Source of the DNA: the human T2T-CHM13v2.0 reference genome, Homo sapiens
DNA: 64,000 nt
Reading direction: 5' to 3' (one strand)
Assembly: GCF_009914755.1 (NCBI RefSeq)
Contig: NC_060944.1
Both the position numbers and the translations under genes were made by a program. Shown in pieces: positions 14,659-27,367 of the stretch. Each line of letters opens with the position of its first letter. Positions within the stretch are counted from its first letter, which is position 1. The notes under the pieces were generated by a model. The model did no database searches, had not been told where the DNA came from, and saw nothing but the letters and a program-made list of their open reading frames with translations.

Positions 14659-15251
14659 GATTAGATAGCCATCACCATCCCTACCACAAGTAAAACTTGC
14701 TGGTCATTCTCATCTGTTGCTGTCTCCCATCTGCCTCTTCTAGCCCTGGGGTTCAAGTTCTGTTTGTTTGTTTTGTTTTGTTTTCACGCACAATACTAAG
14801 CTATTTATTTTCTCACTTGCTCAGAGAGAGCTTTAGGATTGACTATGTATTACTTTACCTCTTTTCAAAAGAACTAAGTATCTCCAATATGAACTGTGAG
14901 ATGACTTTTGATAGTAGGTATTTCATCTCAAAGAGTGCAAGTATGTCAAAAGAGGGGAATTTGAGAATAAAACTTAGAAGCAAATAGAGATCACCTTAGA
15001 ACTACTCATTCAGCCAGAAAATCAGGTCACAAAATTATAGCACCTATCTCCAGTTTATATATATATATATATAAATCTGTACAGGAATAGAAAAAAACCT
15101 GGACCCAAACATCAGAGTGTTGGTAATGGTAGTATCCAGGTATTTGGGGTTATCAATGATCTGGTGGCCTTTTGTTATCTATATCTTACGATTATTTTTT
15201 CCATAGGAAAAACTGAATAAAAGTAAAGCAATTTAAAAGCTATATAAATGC

Positions 15252-15255
<4 letters not shown>

Positions 15256-15300
<45 letters not shown>
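15256..15300. repeat. (CA)n microsatellite
   Basis: About 22 perfect units. Confidence 0.97.
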
Positions 15301-15306
<6 letters not shown>

Positions 15307-15902
15307 AGCATTTATTCAGCACAGATTTGATGAAACTCCTCTACCTATGACCATGCCAAGCATAACAGGGTCTCAGAACACAGAAGCTTACAGACCTGTT
15401 GAGCAGATAGGAACCCCCAGTTTATATTTTCATGAAATCTAGTAAAATGTTGAGTCTCTTTGTAGTCGTAAGAAAAATATATAAAGACATTAATGATCAT
15501 TGACTGTGGGAGACAATTTCTTAGGATGTAAGTGCCTTTGATTTTTTTTCCTAAAGAAAAGTTGAAAGGACTTGGCCTGGTAAAAGCTGCTTTTAACTTG
15601 AATCTACACCTTTTATTTTTGAAGTCTTAAAGAGTTTTATTCATTTATATTAGATTCAGCTGGATAAGGATCAGTTTCTTTCACTTTGGGTCATGGGCCC
15701 TCCAAGAATGAAATGATACTTTATTCACTGGAAGCATAGAATTGCTTTAAACATAAATGAATTATGGCTCTGTTAATAACCATTAATGTTCACATCTCCA
15801 AAAGGTAGCAAGACCCTATTTATAAACTAAATTCACTGGTTGGTTGACATATGATCCTTGTCCTCTTCCATCATCGTCATCATCATCATTGTAATATATA
15901 GT

Positions 15903-16208
15903 TGTATTAGTCCATTCTCACGCTGCTATGAAAAAATACCTTAAATTTATAAAGAAAAGAGGTTTAATTAACTCACAGTTCCACATGGCCGAGGAAGCCT
16001 CAGGAAACTTACAATCATAGCAGAAGGCACCTCTTCACAGGGCAGCAGGAGAGAGAAAGAGAGCCAAGCAAAGGGGGAAAAGCCCCTTATACAACCATCA
16101 CCCCCATGATTCAATTGCCTTCTACCAGGTCCCTCCCATGACACCTGGGGATTATGGGAACTACAGTTCAAGATGAGATTTGGGTGGGAACACAGTCAAA
16201 CTATATCA
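15903..16208 (-). mobile_element. THE1 (THE1C/D-like) solo LTR with internal deletions
   Basis: TGTATTAGTCCATTCTCACGCTGCT...AAACTATATCA; 5-bp TSD ATAGT on both sides. Confidence 0.93.
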
Positions 16209-16509
16209 ATAGTATATATCGTTATTAGATTCTAAAGTCAGCCTATAAAATAAATCAAAATTCATGTTAAGTCAAAATTAACCTCGTTTAAGTGTTTTTT
16301 CAAGCTACTTTAAAAAAGGAAAACAATCTTGAAATTTCCTTAAGAGGCTTTTTATTGCAGACCTACATTTATCAATGAGATCAACAGAGCCATTTTTTCC
16401 TCCAGTGTTGAAGGGATGTATTTCTTCAGTTCACCAGAAAAAGTGATTGGTTTGTATTCATATTCATGTTGTATGAAAACTATGAATAATGTCTTTATTT
16501 TTAATGCAA

Positions 16510-16869
<360 letters not shown>

Positions 16870-16893
16870 TGAAAGGAACATGGGAACTGAATA

Positions 16894-17263
16894 CAGGCAT
16901 CCCTTTGTATCAGTGAGGGATTGCTTCCAGGATGCTCAAGTCCCTTTTATAAAATGACGTAGTATTTGCATATAACTTACGCACATTCTCCTGTAGACTT
17001 TCAATCAGTCAGTATACTCCAGATTACTTCAAATACCTAACAAAGTGTAAATACTATACAAATAGTTGTTGTACTGTTTAGAGAATAATGACAAGAACAG
17101 ATAGTCCATACATGTTCAGTACAGACAGAACCATGCATGTTTTTTTTCTGAATATTTTTGATGGGTAACCGTCACCTTAAGAGGTGAGTAGTTGCATGGG
17201 TAACCATCAAAAATATTGGTTGAATCCATGGATATGAAATCCATGGATATGGAGGGCTGATTG
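16894..17263. mobile_element. MER2 (TcMar-Tigger)
   Basis: GGATGCTCAAGTCCCTTTTATAAAATGACGTAGTATTTGCATATAAC...GGTTGAATCCATGGAT...GGAGGGCTGATTG; TA TSDs. Confidence 0.9.
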
Positions 17264-17394
17264 TATGATGGAAATGGTTTATCCAGACCTCTCAGCCCAT
17301 TCAAAGAGAGGAATAGCAGATTCCATTTGACATTAGTAGGTAAAGGGAGGGGGGGGACTCTGAATTACTTATTCTCTCTAACTCTTTTTCCTTC

Positions 17395-18260
17395 TGTTCT
17401 AAGTATCTATTGATAGTTATTAAATCACCGCAGAATCCAGGGGCTTAAAATAATGTATCATTATATCTTACATTCCTGTGGGTTGACTGGGTTCACTGGG
17501 GCAGGTCTCACTTGGGGTCCCTCATGCAATTGTAGTTTGTAGGCTGCTGGGGCTTGAGTCATCTGAAGACTCAACCTGGCTGGACATCCAAGATGGTATT
17601 TTCACATAGGGCCCAAAGATTGGTTGGATCAGGTGTGACATTTACATAGCGCATGGGGAAGCTGGCCACCCCACCCTAATCTTATAAAAATAGGTTCTTT
17701 GCTTGGCCGGCGGCATGTTGCTTGCTTCTTACTACACAAGTTGATGGCAAAGAGAAGGGAAAATGGAGCCGCCATGTTGGACATGCCTAGACCCAGGTAG
17801 CCTTTTCCTATTGGCACAACTGCCGGCATTCACCCGGGCAAGCTTCTAGCTTGCTTGTCTATGTCTGCAGCTCAGTTTTACGGGCTGCTTTTTGTTAGAA
17901 AAGAAAATGATTTGGGGGCTTCTTTTCATTAAAAGGAAAACCTTACCAAGTACTCCTCTACCCTCACTATCTGCCTAAATAATTTCTTCTTAACTCCTAT
18001 ATCACTGGTTTTGCCTGCTGTAAACATGCCAAGGGGCAGGAAGCAGAAAATGCCAGGCCATTAGGGGCTGTAGGTAGAACTGCCATAGTGCTCTTTCTAC
18101 TCAATTCTATTGGTGTAAGTAGTCACAGAGCCTGCCCAGACTGAAGAGAGTGGAGAAAGGCTTCTCTTGATGTGGGAGGGGCAAGGTCACATTGCATTAA
18201 AACATGTGGGCTGGGAGATATTGCTGTAGCCATCTTTGGAAAATACAATCGATTATACCC
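17395..18260 (-). mobile_element. MLT1H-like MaLR LTR split by an ERV1 LTR
   Basis: GTGGGTTGACTGGG...GGACATCCAAGATGG and GGCAAGGTCACATTGCA...GCCATCTTTGGAAAATACAATC. Confidence 0.75.
17602..18004 (-). mobile_element. ERV1 LTR (LTR9-like), partial
   Basis: Reverse complement starts TGATATAGGAGTTAAGAAGAAATTATTTAGGCAGATAGTGAGGG; subfamily from memory. Confidence 0.7.
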
Positions 18261-18356
18261 TCCCTTCCTCTTTCTCACTCTCTTTCTCTCATCTCCTCTC
18301 TTTTCTCACCTTCCTAAGCATAGGGTTGGGTCTGTCTGTGTGATGTAAATTCATGG

Positions 18357-18367
18357 GTGACTCAGCA
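18357..18367 (+). promoter_or_regulatory. Canonical ARE/MARE (NRF2/BACH1/NF-E2) motif
   Basis: GTGACTCAGCA matches RTGACTCAGCA; motif only, no functional evidence. Confidence 0.35.
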
Positions 18368-19123
18368 GCACTACAACACTTTCTAGTATATTTAGCCCTT
18401 TACATATATTTTACATGCTACATAAGTCTTTATTTACATTATACTGAAGGTCTAATGCCCAGAAACAAGTGGAATTCTTTTGTTTAATGGTTTGATATGT
18501 CCTATAAGGGATCTGAGGTGACTCAGTAATTATGATTTCAAAATAATTAAGAATATTTTGTTGAAATAATCTCTGAGATTCTACTTCAATTCCAGGGTAT
18601 ACAGCAGAGCACTTTGGATTCATTTAGGAGGAGTGCTTACAATTTCCATCTTACTCTCTGCACATGAAGAGAATTCTGGAAGCATAGATGCTTCACTACT
18701 TTGAGTGAATTTAGCTTGACACAGCTGATTAGGGAAGACATCACCAATGGTTGTCATTCATCTGTGCTTTGCTAAGTGGCGTGTCATCTAAAACTTAAAC
18801 AGCCAGAAACTCGCTGTTATCCTTTCATTCACTGAGACAAGTTGATATAGAAGCTACTGGAATAATTAAGTGATACTTTTACACTATTTGCAGTTAGGAA
18901 AAGTTTTATATACATTTCTTTATTTGTTTCTACATCCTAGCAAGCTGTTATTTTCATCCTCATTATACAGTTGAAGAAATGAGGCTGAGAAATTTATCAT
19001 AAATCATACAGTTAATTAAGGGCATGTGATTTGGTCAACCATCTGAAGTTCCATTATGCCACACTGACACAGAAAACAAATATTCTTAGGATTAGCTAGA
19101 GTGCCTAAGAGGTGAGTAGTTGC

Positions 19124-19420
19124 TTTTTTTTTTTTTTTTTTTTTTTTGAGGTAGAGTCTCACTCTGTCACCCAGTCTGAAGTGCAGTGGTGCGATCTTGG
19201 TTCACTGCAACCTGGGTTCAAGTGATTCTCCTACATCAGCACCCTGAGTAGCTGGGACTGCAGGAGCGTGCCTCCACACCTGGCTAATTTTTGTATTTTT
19301 AGTATAGACGAGATTTCACCATGTTGGCCAGGCTGGTCTCAAACTCTCAACTTGAAGTGATCTGCCCACCTCAGCCTCCCAAAGTGGTGGGATTACAGGC
19401 ATGAGCCACCGCACCTGGCC
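19124..19420 (-). mobile_element. AluSx-like
   Basis: Dimer with a small deletion; TSD AGTA(G/T)TTGCTTTTT. Confidence 0.94.
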
Positions 19421-19609
19421 AAGTATTTGCTTTTTATGGAGTGGCAGAGGAAGGGTTTGCTTTCATATCTTTTTGCTTAGACAATGACCACTTGATTATG
19501 AAAATTCTGCTGGAAGTGAAATCAGGGAAAGGTTTCAGAGAGAGATTATTTGGGAACAGTGTGAACTAACTCAGTCTTCACTTACTATGAAGGAAGGACA
19601 GAAAAGTCA

Positions 19610-20100
19610 TTTTTCCATTTAATAAATACTTAATGTGTCCCCTCTGTATGGAAGATAGGGCTAGGTACTCTTGGAGTAACATATATAAAAAGCACAGCTC
19701 TGCAGAACCTCAAGGAACTTAAGTTTAGTAGAAGTCAAAGACATTTTTACTATTAAAATAGAATAGAAAGTGTCAGTTACTACCTTATGAAAGGTAAAGT
19801 GAAGTAAGATGACATAGAATAATGTTTCCAAAAAGAAAGAACATTCACTTTGGCTACTGGAAAATTATGGAAGCCTGCCTGGGATGAAAGTATTGGTGTT
19901 GGAAGGTGGAAAATATAGGGAAGAAATTGGACCTGGAAGAGTTTGGAAATTGCTGCATCACTATAGGCAATATGAAATAACAGATTGAACTAATGCAATA
20001 GCCAGTTGGAAAGGGTCAAGTGAAAGCTGAAGTAAGGAATACGTGGAAGTAGATTCTGTGGCACTTGCCAGTTGATTGGATGTAGCGGATAGCGGAGTAG
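19610..20100 (-). mobile_element. L2 remnant
   Basis: CATTTAATAAATACTTAATGTG...CCTCAAGGAACTTAAG; TTGATTGGATGT. Confidence 0.6.
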
Positions 20101-20120
20101 GGGATTGTCTCAGGGACCCG

Positions 20121-20213
20121 ACCACCTCTTAAAGGCCCACCTCTCAATACTGCCACTGTGGGGATTAAATTTCAACATGAGCTTTGGAGGGCACCGATGT
20201 TCAAACTATAGCA
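20121..20213 (-). mobile_element. MST/MLT1A LTR fragment
   Basis: CACCTCTTAAAGGCCCACCTCTCAATACT...TTTCAACATGAG...TTCAAACTATAGCA. Confidence 0.8.
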
Positions 20214-20863
20214 GGAATGGAAAAAGTTTGAATATGGGTCACCATAAAGTTGGTGGTGCTGTCATGAATGTCAGGAAATGACAATGGGTGGAGTATGTCA
20301 CGGCAGAAAATGTATGACATACCCAGAATTGGATATTCAAGAAGTGTCTATTTACAAAGGAGCCATTTCAGAAGGTTTTAGGATGGGGGCACCACAAAGG
20401 ATAGTGCAGTATCCTAGTGCAGTATCTGGGCCTTAGTGGCTGATTTTATACTTTTGCTATACGTGAATTGACAAGGGAAATAAATAATTACCTGGCCTAG
20501 AAAGGGAGGGTCATGTAGTGACAGCCACATTGCAGGAAGTGACCTCTAGTGAAGTAAAATGGACCACCTCAGGCAACCTTTCAGTAAAGGAGCAAAGGGA
20601 ATACATACCTTGACTTTATTATTCTCTCCTACTGCAGTTTGCACTGCAAGTCCAAGGGCAAGAGAGTCCTGTTGACGTAGTCTGTATAATCAGCTTCTTG
20701 GGGCACTGAGCAAGGTGGGCAAGCAGATATGGATATGTGGATGCCATGCAGACTGTGTGAACTCTAGAACTGAGCCTGGGTTGGGTCTAGCAGAGCTGTT
20801 TGCACAAAGGCACACACACAATGACAGACAAGCTAGACCCTTGGATAATGGATTTATTTAGAT

Positions 20864-21111
20864 CAGAGTTACTTTACCTTGGCACTATTGACATTGTGGG
20901 TTAGATAATTCTTTGTTATTGGAGGTTGTCCTATACATTGTAGGATGCTTATTTAGGGGCATCCTTGGCCTCTACACACTAGATGCCAGTAGCATGCACC
21001 TCCAACCCCTGACAAATTTTGGTAATGAAAAATGTCTCTAGGCATCGCAAATATCCACCGGGGTGAGGGGCAGGGTGCCAAAGCAAAATCACCCTTAGTT
21101 GAGAACCACTG
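20864..21111. mobile_element. MER20 (hAT-Charlie)
   Basis: GGCACTATTGACATT...ATAATTCTTTGTT...CACTAGATGCCAGTAGCA...GTTGAGAACCACTG. Confidence 0.9.
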
Positions 21112-22045
21112 ATTAGAGGCTGGACAAAGGAAGGTGAGCCAGAGAAAAGGAGGCCAAGAACCAGCAGGCTGAGAGGAGGAACAGACACTTGGGGAGTGTG
21201 ACAGTGGTTGACGTGGTTGCAGCCCACAGTGCGTATCCATAGAAATTCTTAATAGGGACTGGGCCTGTGAAGTGGAGAGGCAGAAAGGAGTAGATCAGAC
21301 GGCAGCAGGCTGGGGCGGGCAGGTGGGAAAGCAGGGCAGCCAGCATGGGCCTAGTTTGGCAGCAGAGGGAAGGCGCAGGGAAGCAGGGTACCTTCGACAG
21401 GTGGGTTTAAGATTTGCTTGAGGACAGAGAGATTTGAACATATTGGTCAGATGAGGGGAGGAAAGCAGTGAAAGGGGAGGTTGGAGATGGGTAGTGAAAT
21501 CCACCACCTGCAGAGTGCATGTGATGGCCTTGTTCTGGGGCTTTCCATGTGTTACAGCATTCGACTCTCACGACCTCTCTAGGAGGTTGTCAGGGTGGGT
21601 GCCCTTATGATCCCCATTAGCAGGTGAGGTAATTGAGGCCCCCAGTGTTTACTCACTCATACCTAGTCCACACAGCTAGTAGTGGCCAAGTTGTATTTGA
21701 ACCTGAGCTGAAGCGGAGTGAGAACATTCCAGTGAGCAAAAGAAGGATGCGTGCAAACCCTTAGAAATAAGGAGGGAAGGTGAAAGTAAGCGAAGTTATG
21801 GACGTATTTGATGTTTGACAGGAGGTGGATTACAGTTCCCGGCTTTCAACGGAATTAACAGGCTCAGGAAGGTAGGCGTTAACACCCTCTGCAGAAGTAG
21901 TCTTGGCAGAGGCCAGCATAGAGGATATTCCCCAAGAGGTGGCTCCGACTTCAAAATGTCAAGAGCATGGTTGTTCCCGTTGTCTGTGCCCCAGTGCTTC
22001 TCTGATCCTTTCAAAGGATTGTTGTGCAGTTGTTTTTCTCATTTT

Positions 22046-22538
22046 TGTGTATAAATGTTTTCTCTTACTCTTGTAACAAATTACCACAGATTTCATGCTT
22101 TAAAACAATGCTAATTTGCCATTCTGGAGGTTAGTAGTCTAAAGTCAGTTTCCTTGGGCTAAAGGTGAGGTGTTGGTGGTGCTGGTTTCTTCTGAAGTCT
22201 CTGAGGGAACATTTGTTTCTCTGCCTTTTCTGGCTTCTGGTGGCTGCCTCTATTCCTTAGTATGTGGACCCTTCTTCTATCTTCAAAGCACATCACTCCA
22301 GCCTCTGCCCCCATCCTTGTCATCACATTGCTGTCTCCTCTATGACTTCCTGGGTCCCTTGTACAAGGACCATGTGATAACACTGGGCCCACCTGTGTAA
22401 TCACTGTCATCTCAGGGTCCCCACTGCAAGGTCTTTAGCTTAACCCAATCTGCAGTGTCCCTTTCGCATATAAGGTGACATTCACAGAGTCTGGGGAACA
22501 GGATGTGGACATACTTGGGGGCTATTTTTAGCCTACCT
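22046..22538 (-). mobile_element. MLT1C-like LTR
   Basis: TGTAACAAATTACCACA...TTCTGGAGG...TCTTCAAAGC...ACTGGGCCCACC...AGGATGTGGACAT. Confidence 0.85.
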
Positions 22539-22619
22539 CGGTTGGTTTCTATGTAATATTCTAGATGGATGGAAAGATGGTTTAGCCTAGAGGTGAAGGA
22601 CATGACCTCTGTTGCTTAG

Positions 22620-23358
22620 AATCAAATCATCACTTCCCAACTCTGTGGCTTGAGTCAGTCATTTACCCTTGCTGTGGTCCCATTTCCTCGTGTGTAAAAT
22701 GGGGATAGTAGCATTCACCTGTGTTATTTGGGGGATTAAGTCAAGGCATGCACAGTGTGGCAAATACAATGCGGGGCTCTTACTGAGTATTCAGTCAGTA
22801 CAGTCAATTATTATTCCTGCAATTATTTTATATAAACATTTTCTTCAAAGTATTTTAACTAGAAGAGTGCTGCCCATCTGATTAGTTAATAGATTAAGCT
22901 GTTTCTCTAAAATCAATGATCACGTGATCGAAAGATGTCACTTCTTGGCTGATAGAAGAAAATGCAAAAACAGGGTTTGTGTCACTATGGTTCCCCAAAT
23001 CATAGATGATTACCTTCAAGTTAGCATGAAGTCAGAACTGACATTATTGTCAGGAAAAAATCTGCTTTGTTTTCCTCTTAAGAAAAAATTGTAATCATAA
23101 TAACCTTCCCTGCCCAGGGCAAAGCAAACAACTAAACTTTCAGCAAATCTTCACCAGACTCAGCACATCAGATCAAGCTCTTTTTAACACCTTGATTTTT
23201 TTTTTTTTTTTTTTTTAAATCACTGTAGCACCCAACTTAGCTTCTTCTTTTTATGCTGTTTTCTTCTGGCCTCTGAGATGTCATGACCTTTTTAGGTTCA
23301 TGTTAGTAGGTAATATTTAAGTACAAGAGTTCTGAAATTTAAAAAATAAAAGAAAAAG

Positions 23359-23401
<43 letters not shown>

Positions 23402-23600
23402 TAGGGTTTAGGGTGACCTGAAGATTATCCTGGACAAGCTGAATGTGACTTGGGTAAGTCACATATCCTCTCTGCCTCAGTTTCCTCAGCTGGAAATTGG
23501 TGGTGATGATACCCACATTATAGGGTGTTATGAGAGTCAAAAGAGATAACCGTTGTACAAGTGTGTGCCTGTGCCTGGCACACTGTGAACAACAATGAAC
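22620..23600 (+). mobile_element. Two MIR copies (approx. 22620-22815 and 23400-23600) and (CA)n at 23361-23398
   Basis: Cores CATTTCCTCGTGTGTAAAATGGGGATA and CTCTGCCTCAGTTTCCTCAGCTGGAAATTGG. Confidence 0.75.
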
Positions 23601-24741
23601 AAGAATGGCGATGATGATGGCAGCAGTGAGGATCATAGTGGGAGTAAAAGGGAAGACGAGGAAGGACCATCAGAAAACGAAACTGGGAAGCCTAATGTGG
23701 GGAGAAAAAGACAAAACATGAGGAAATTATTCTTCTTATGGCTTGGTGTATGGATAATGGCTATCTATGTATTCTGTTGAATTTTTTTTTCTAATAGCAC
23801 AAATGTAATGATATTTTAGAAAACAAACACCATTCAAAAATCCTTTGTTTTATTTGGAACAAACTTTCAAAACTCATTTCTGCCTAGGTTCATATTGAAG
23901 CTTCAGATTCTTCCTTAATATGTGCTTGGAAGTAAACATGATATGGAGCTGTAATCCATGTGATTAATTCAGTGAAAACAATTAAGCTGAAACTAGAACC
24001 TAGAACCCGGTGGTCTTGACTTTTTTCCTCATGCTGCCATCATTTTAAATAACATAAGATCAACTGTTTAAGTGAGAAGCTAATTTACCTGCCAGCATAT
24101 TTAGCTTTGTTGAGATTCTTCCATATCCTACAGATAAAAAATGAGATTAAACCATGTATATGTATCTATTCAGTACTAAATTATTCTGTATGAAAAGACA
24201 AGTACTGTGAAACTTCTATTAAAGTGGCCACAAGTATCCCTAACATAGAAGTAGTCCCCCTCTCCGCACCCCGCCCCCCCACTTTTTTTAAGTTGGCTAA
24301 TTTAATGAGATATTTACATTGTTATCAGTAACCACTAAGGAGTTACAAACCATTACTTCTACAGGCAATGGCCAGTGTAATTAAACCTTTTAACCTTGCT
24401 AGTTTTCCCAGTTTGCCATTATCAGTCATTGGTCACAGTACATATTTTTTCATTATTAGCCACAAACTAGCTATGTGACCTTAAAAGGTTATTTAAAGTC
24501 TCCAGACTTTATTTCCCAACCCCCCCACCCCACCCCATGAAAGGAAGAAGGAGGAGACAATGATCCCTGTGGTCCATTTCATCTCCAAAACCCAAGACCA
24601 TGGTTCTGCAACAGTTTAACAATCTGGTTAACATTTGAAAGTAAATGAAAACGAGAGAAAACATTGCAGCTCTGCCAGCAATTTTCTCTCTCTCTAGTTG
24701 GATAAAAACTATCCAAGTTGTCCCTGTTTGCAAAGGAGGGT

Positions 24742-25135
24742 ATTATTATATATATATATAATATATTATATAATATATAAAATATATATATAATATATAT
24801 CATAATATATATCATAATATATATAATCATATATATATATATTTAAGAGACAGGGCCTTTGCTCTGTCACCTAGGCTGAAGTACAGTGGTGTTATCATAG
24901 CTCACTGCAACCTCGGACTCCTGGGCTCAAGTGATCCTTCGGCATCAGCCTCCTGAGTAGCTAGGACTACATGTACACACCACCATACCCAGCTAATTTT
25001 TTTTTTTTTAATTTTTTGTAGAGACAGGGTCTCACTGTGTTTCTCAGGCTAGTCTCAAATTCCTAGCCTCAAAAGATCCTCCTACCTCGGCCTTCTAAAG
25101 TATTGGGATGACAGATGTGAGTGCCTGAGCCCAGC
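24742..25135 (-). mobile_element. AluJ with a TA-rich tail expansion (24742-24843)
   Basis: ATCATAGCTCACTGCAACC...GGGCTCAAGTGATCC. Confidence 0.92.
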
Positions 25136-25974
25136 TGTGATTTATATTTTAATGAACAAAAGATTAGAATAAAATTTGTAAAATTTTTATTTCTAACTAT
25201 TTTTCATGGCTTGACATAAAATAAATGTGCATTTGGGCAAATACTGCATTTCAGTGAGGCATGTACTTCCATTGTGTGTTGAAATGTAAGTTGGCATAAA
25301 AGAACCAACAAAAAAGTCATTACAGTTTTATTATTTGTTGACAGCAAGAGAGAAAGAAATATTCTCTCAAGATGAACAATAATGTCCTGTTAACTGACTT
25401 AAAAAGAGCAAAGTTTAAATTGCTTATTCAGAGAACTCTACCTTCTAATACTTTGAGCTTCCTGGAAAAAGAAATGGGTTCTTGATAAGTTATGTGAATT
25501 GTGCTTCGACATAAATGTCAATGTTTGATCACAAGTTTTTTTTACCAAATGCCAATCTGCGAGGTCAGCTAGTTCAATGAGTCATTTTGCTTAATAAGGA
25601 AATTTAAGTAGTTGTTTCTATCCTTTGTTGTCACGTTGGAAATGCTTCAAAGAGAAGCTACTTGTTCTGATAAAATAGAATAATATGAACTTTGGAACTA
25701 GACAAAACTGAATTGAGTTTTGCCTTTGTCACTAAATTAACTGTGTGGTGTTGATATGTCCTTAAAACCCTTGAAGCTTTTACTTCCCAATCTATAAAAT
25801 AGGGATGATAATACCTTCTTGGTAGAATGGGTTTTGAGATGACTTATCTACTATGTTTGTTATCCCCTGCCACTTGGTAATAATAATGGCTAGCATTTAT
25901 TGAGTGTTTACCATGTTTCAGGAAACTTGTAAGCACTTTGTAAGTATTACCATATTTAATTCTCATGACAATCT

Positions 25975-26401
25975 TGCTGTCATTTGAATATTTGTCCTCC
26001 TAAAAACTTATTTTGAAATTTCATCCTGAAGGTGGAAGTATTGAGAGATGGGGCCTTAAAAAGGTTAATGGGTCATGAGAACTCTATCTCATGAATGAAT
26101 CAATCCATTCTTGAATTAATGGATTAATGAATTACTAGGTTAGTAGATTAATGAGTTATCTCAGGAGTGACACTGGTGACTTGAAAGAGAGACCTGAGCT
26201 AGCAAGCTCAGCCCCCTCCCCACATGATGCCTTGTCCCACCTTGGAACTCTGCAGAAACTCCACACCAGCAAGACGGCCCTCACCAGATGCAACCCCTCA
26301 ACCTTCTCAGACTCTGTAACTGTAAGAAATAAATTCCTTGTCTTTGTAAATTTCTCAGTTTCAGGTATTCCATTACAAACAACAGAAAACAGACTAAGAC
26401 A
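25975..26401 (+). mobile_element. MST (MSTB1/B2-like) solo LTR inserted in a MIR
   Basis: TGCT...TTGAATATTTGTCC...AAGAAATAAATTCCTTG...AACAGACTAAGACA; MIR sequence resumes on both sides. Confidence 0.85.
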
Positions 26402-26619
26402 CGCCCTACAGGTGGATATAATCATTATTCTCATTTTGTAAATGAAGAAACAGAAACAATGACAACTTATGTAATTGGCCAAGTGAAATACTACTAATCA
26501 TTAAGGCCAGCATTTAAGCTCTCATGGTGTTTTGCTCTAGTGACCCTATTTGTGACACTACATTATTCTTTACCTTGGTGGATACTCAGTAACTGGTTGC
26601 CATTTTTATTGACCATGGT

Positions 26620-26896
26620 AGTATAAAGCATCAAGTTTAGCACCTAGCTAGGAATCCAGGTGTTTTCTTGGTTCTCTCACTTACCCAGGATAATCAGGTC
26701 TTCAGCAAATCATGTCTATTGTACCTCCTAATCCCTCTTCTTCTAATTCACTTTTTCCTTGCTGCCTTTAATCTAAGCCACCATTCTTTCTCTCTTCCAG
26801 GCTAGGGCAGAAGCCTCCCAGTAGGCCCCTCCTTAGCTCCTTGAGTTCTTCTCCTCTCTCATCCAGAGTGCAGCCAGAAGGATCCTTTACAAAAAG

Positions 26897-26930
<34 letters not shown>

Positions 26931-27270
26931 ATGTGTGTATGTGTGTGTGTGTGTCCCACCTAACTTAAGAGTTTGGGGGAATGCCCCCATTTCTTATAGC
27001 TTTTAGGAAAAAAACAAGGATCCCCATCATCGCGTTCAAGGTCCTACACTGAGGTGACATAGCTAGTATATTCAGCTAACTCTGAAAGGTCCTTTATTCA
27101 CTTCCTTAGCAATATTAAACAAACCCTTGGACACATTAAATCCCTGTTCCCAGCTTTTGCAAATGCCATCCCCACTGCCTGGAATGTTCTTCCTCTTTTC
27201 CATTCACCTGGGTAAGTTTCACTTTTCCTTCATTTTAGCTTAAACCTCACTCCTTTGGAAAAGCCTTACT
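26620..27270 (+). mobile_element. L2 remnant containing (TG)n at 26899-26954
   Basis: GCAGCCAGAAGGATCCTTTACAAA; TGCCTGGAATGTTCTTCC. Confidence 0.7.
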
Positions 27271-27295
27271 GTAATTCCAATCATACGTGTGTGTG

Positions 27296-27342
<47 letters not shown>

Positions 27343-27367
27343 CTGTGTGTGTGTCGGTGTGTGCATG

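Noticed and set aside
21120-21720. GC-richer stretch as a promoter or CpG island
   Set aside because: CpG density is low; it looks like L2/MIR remnants
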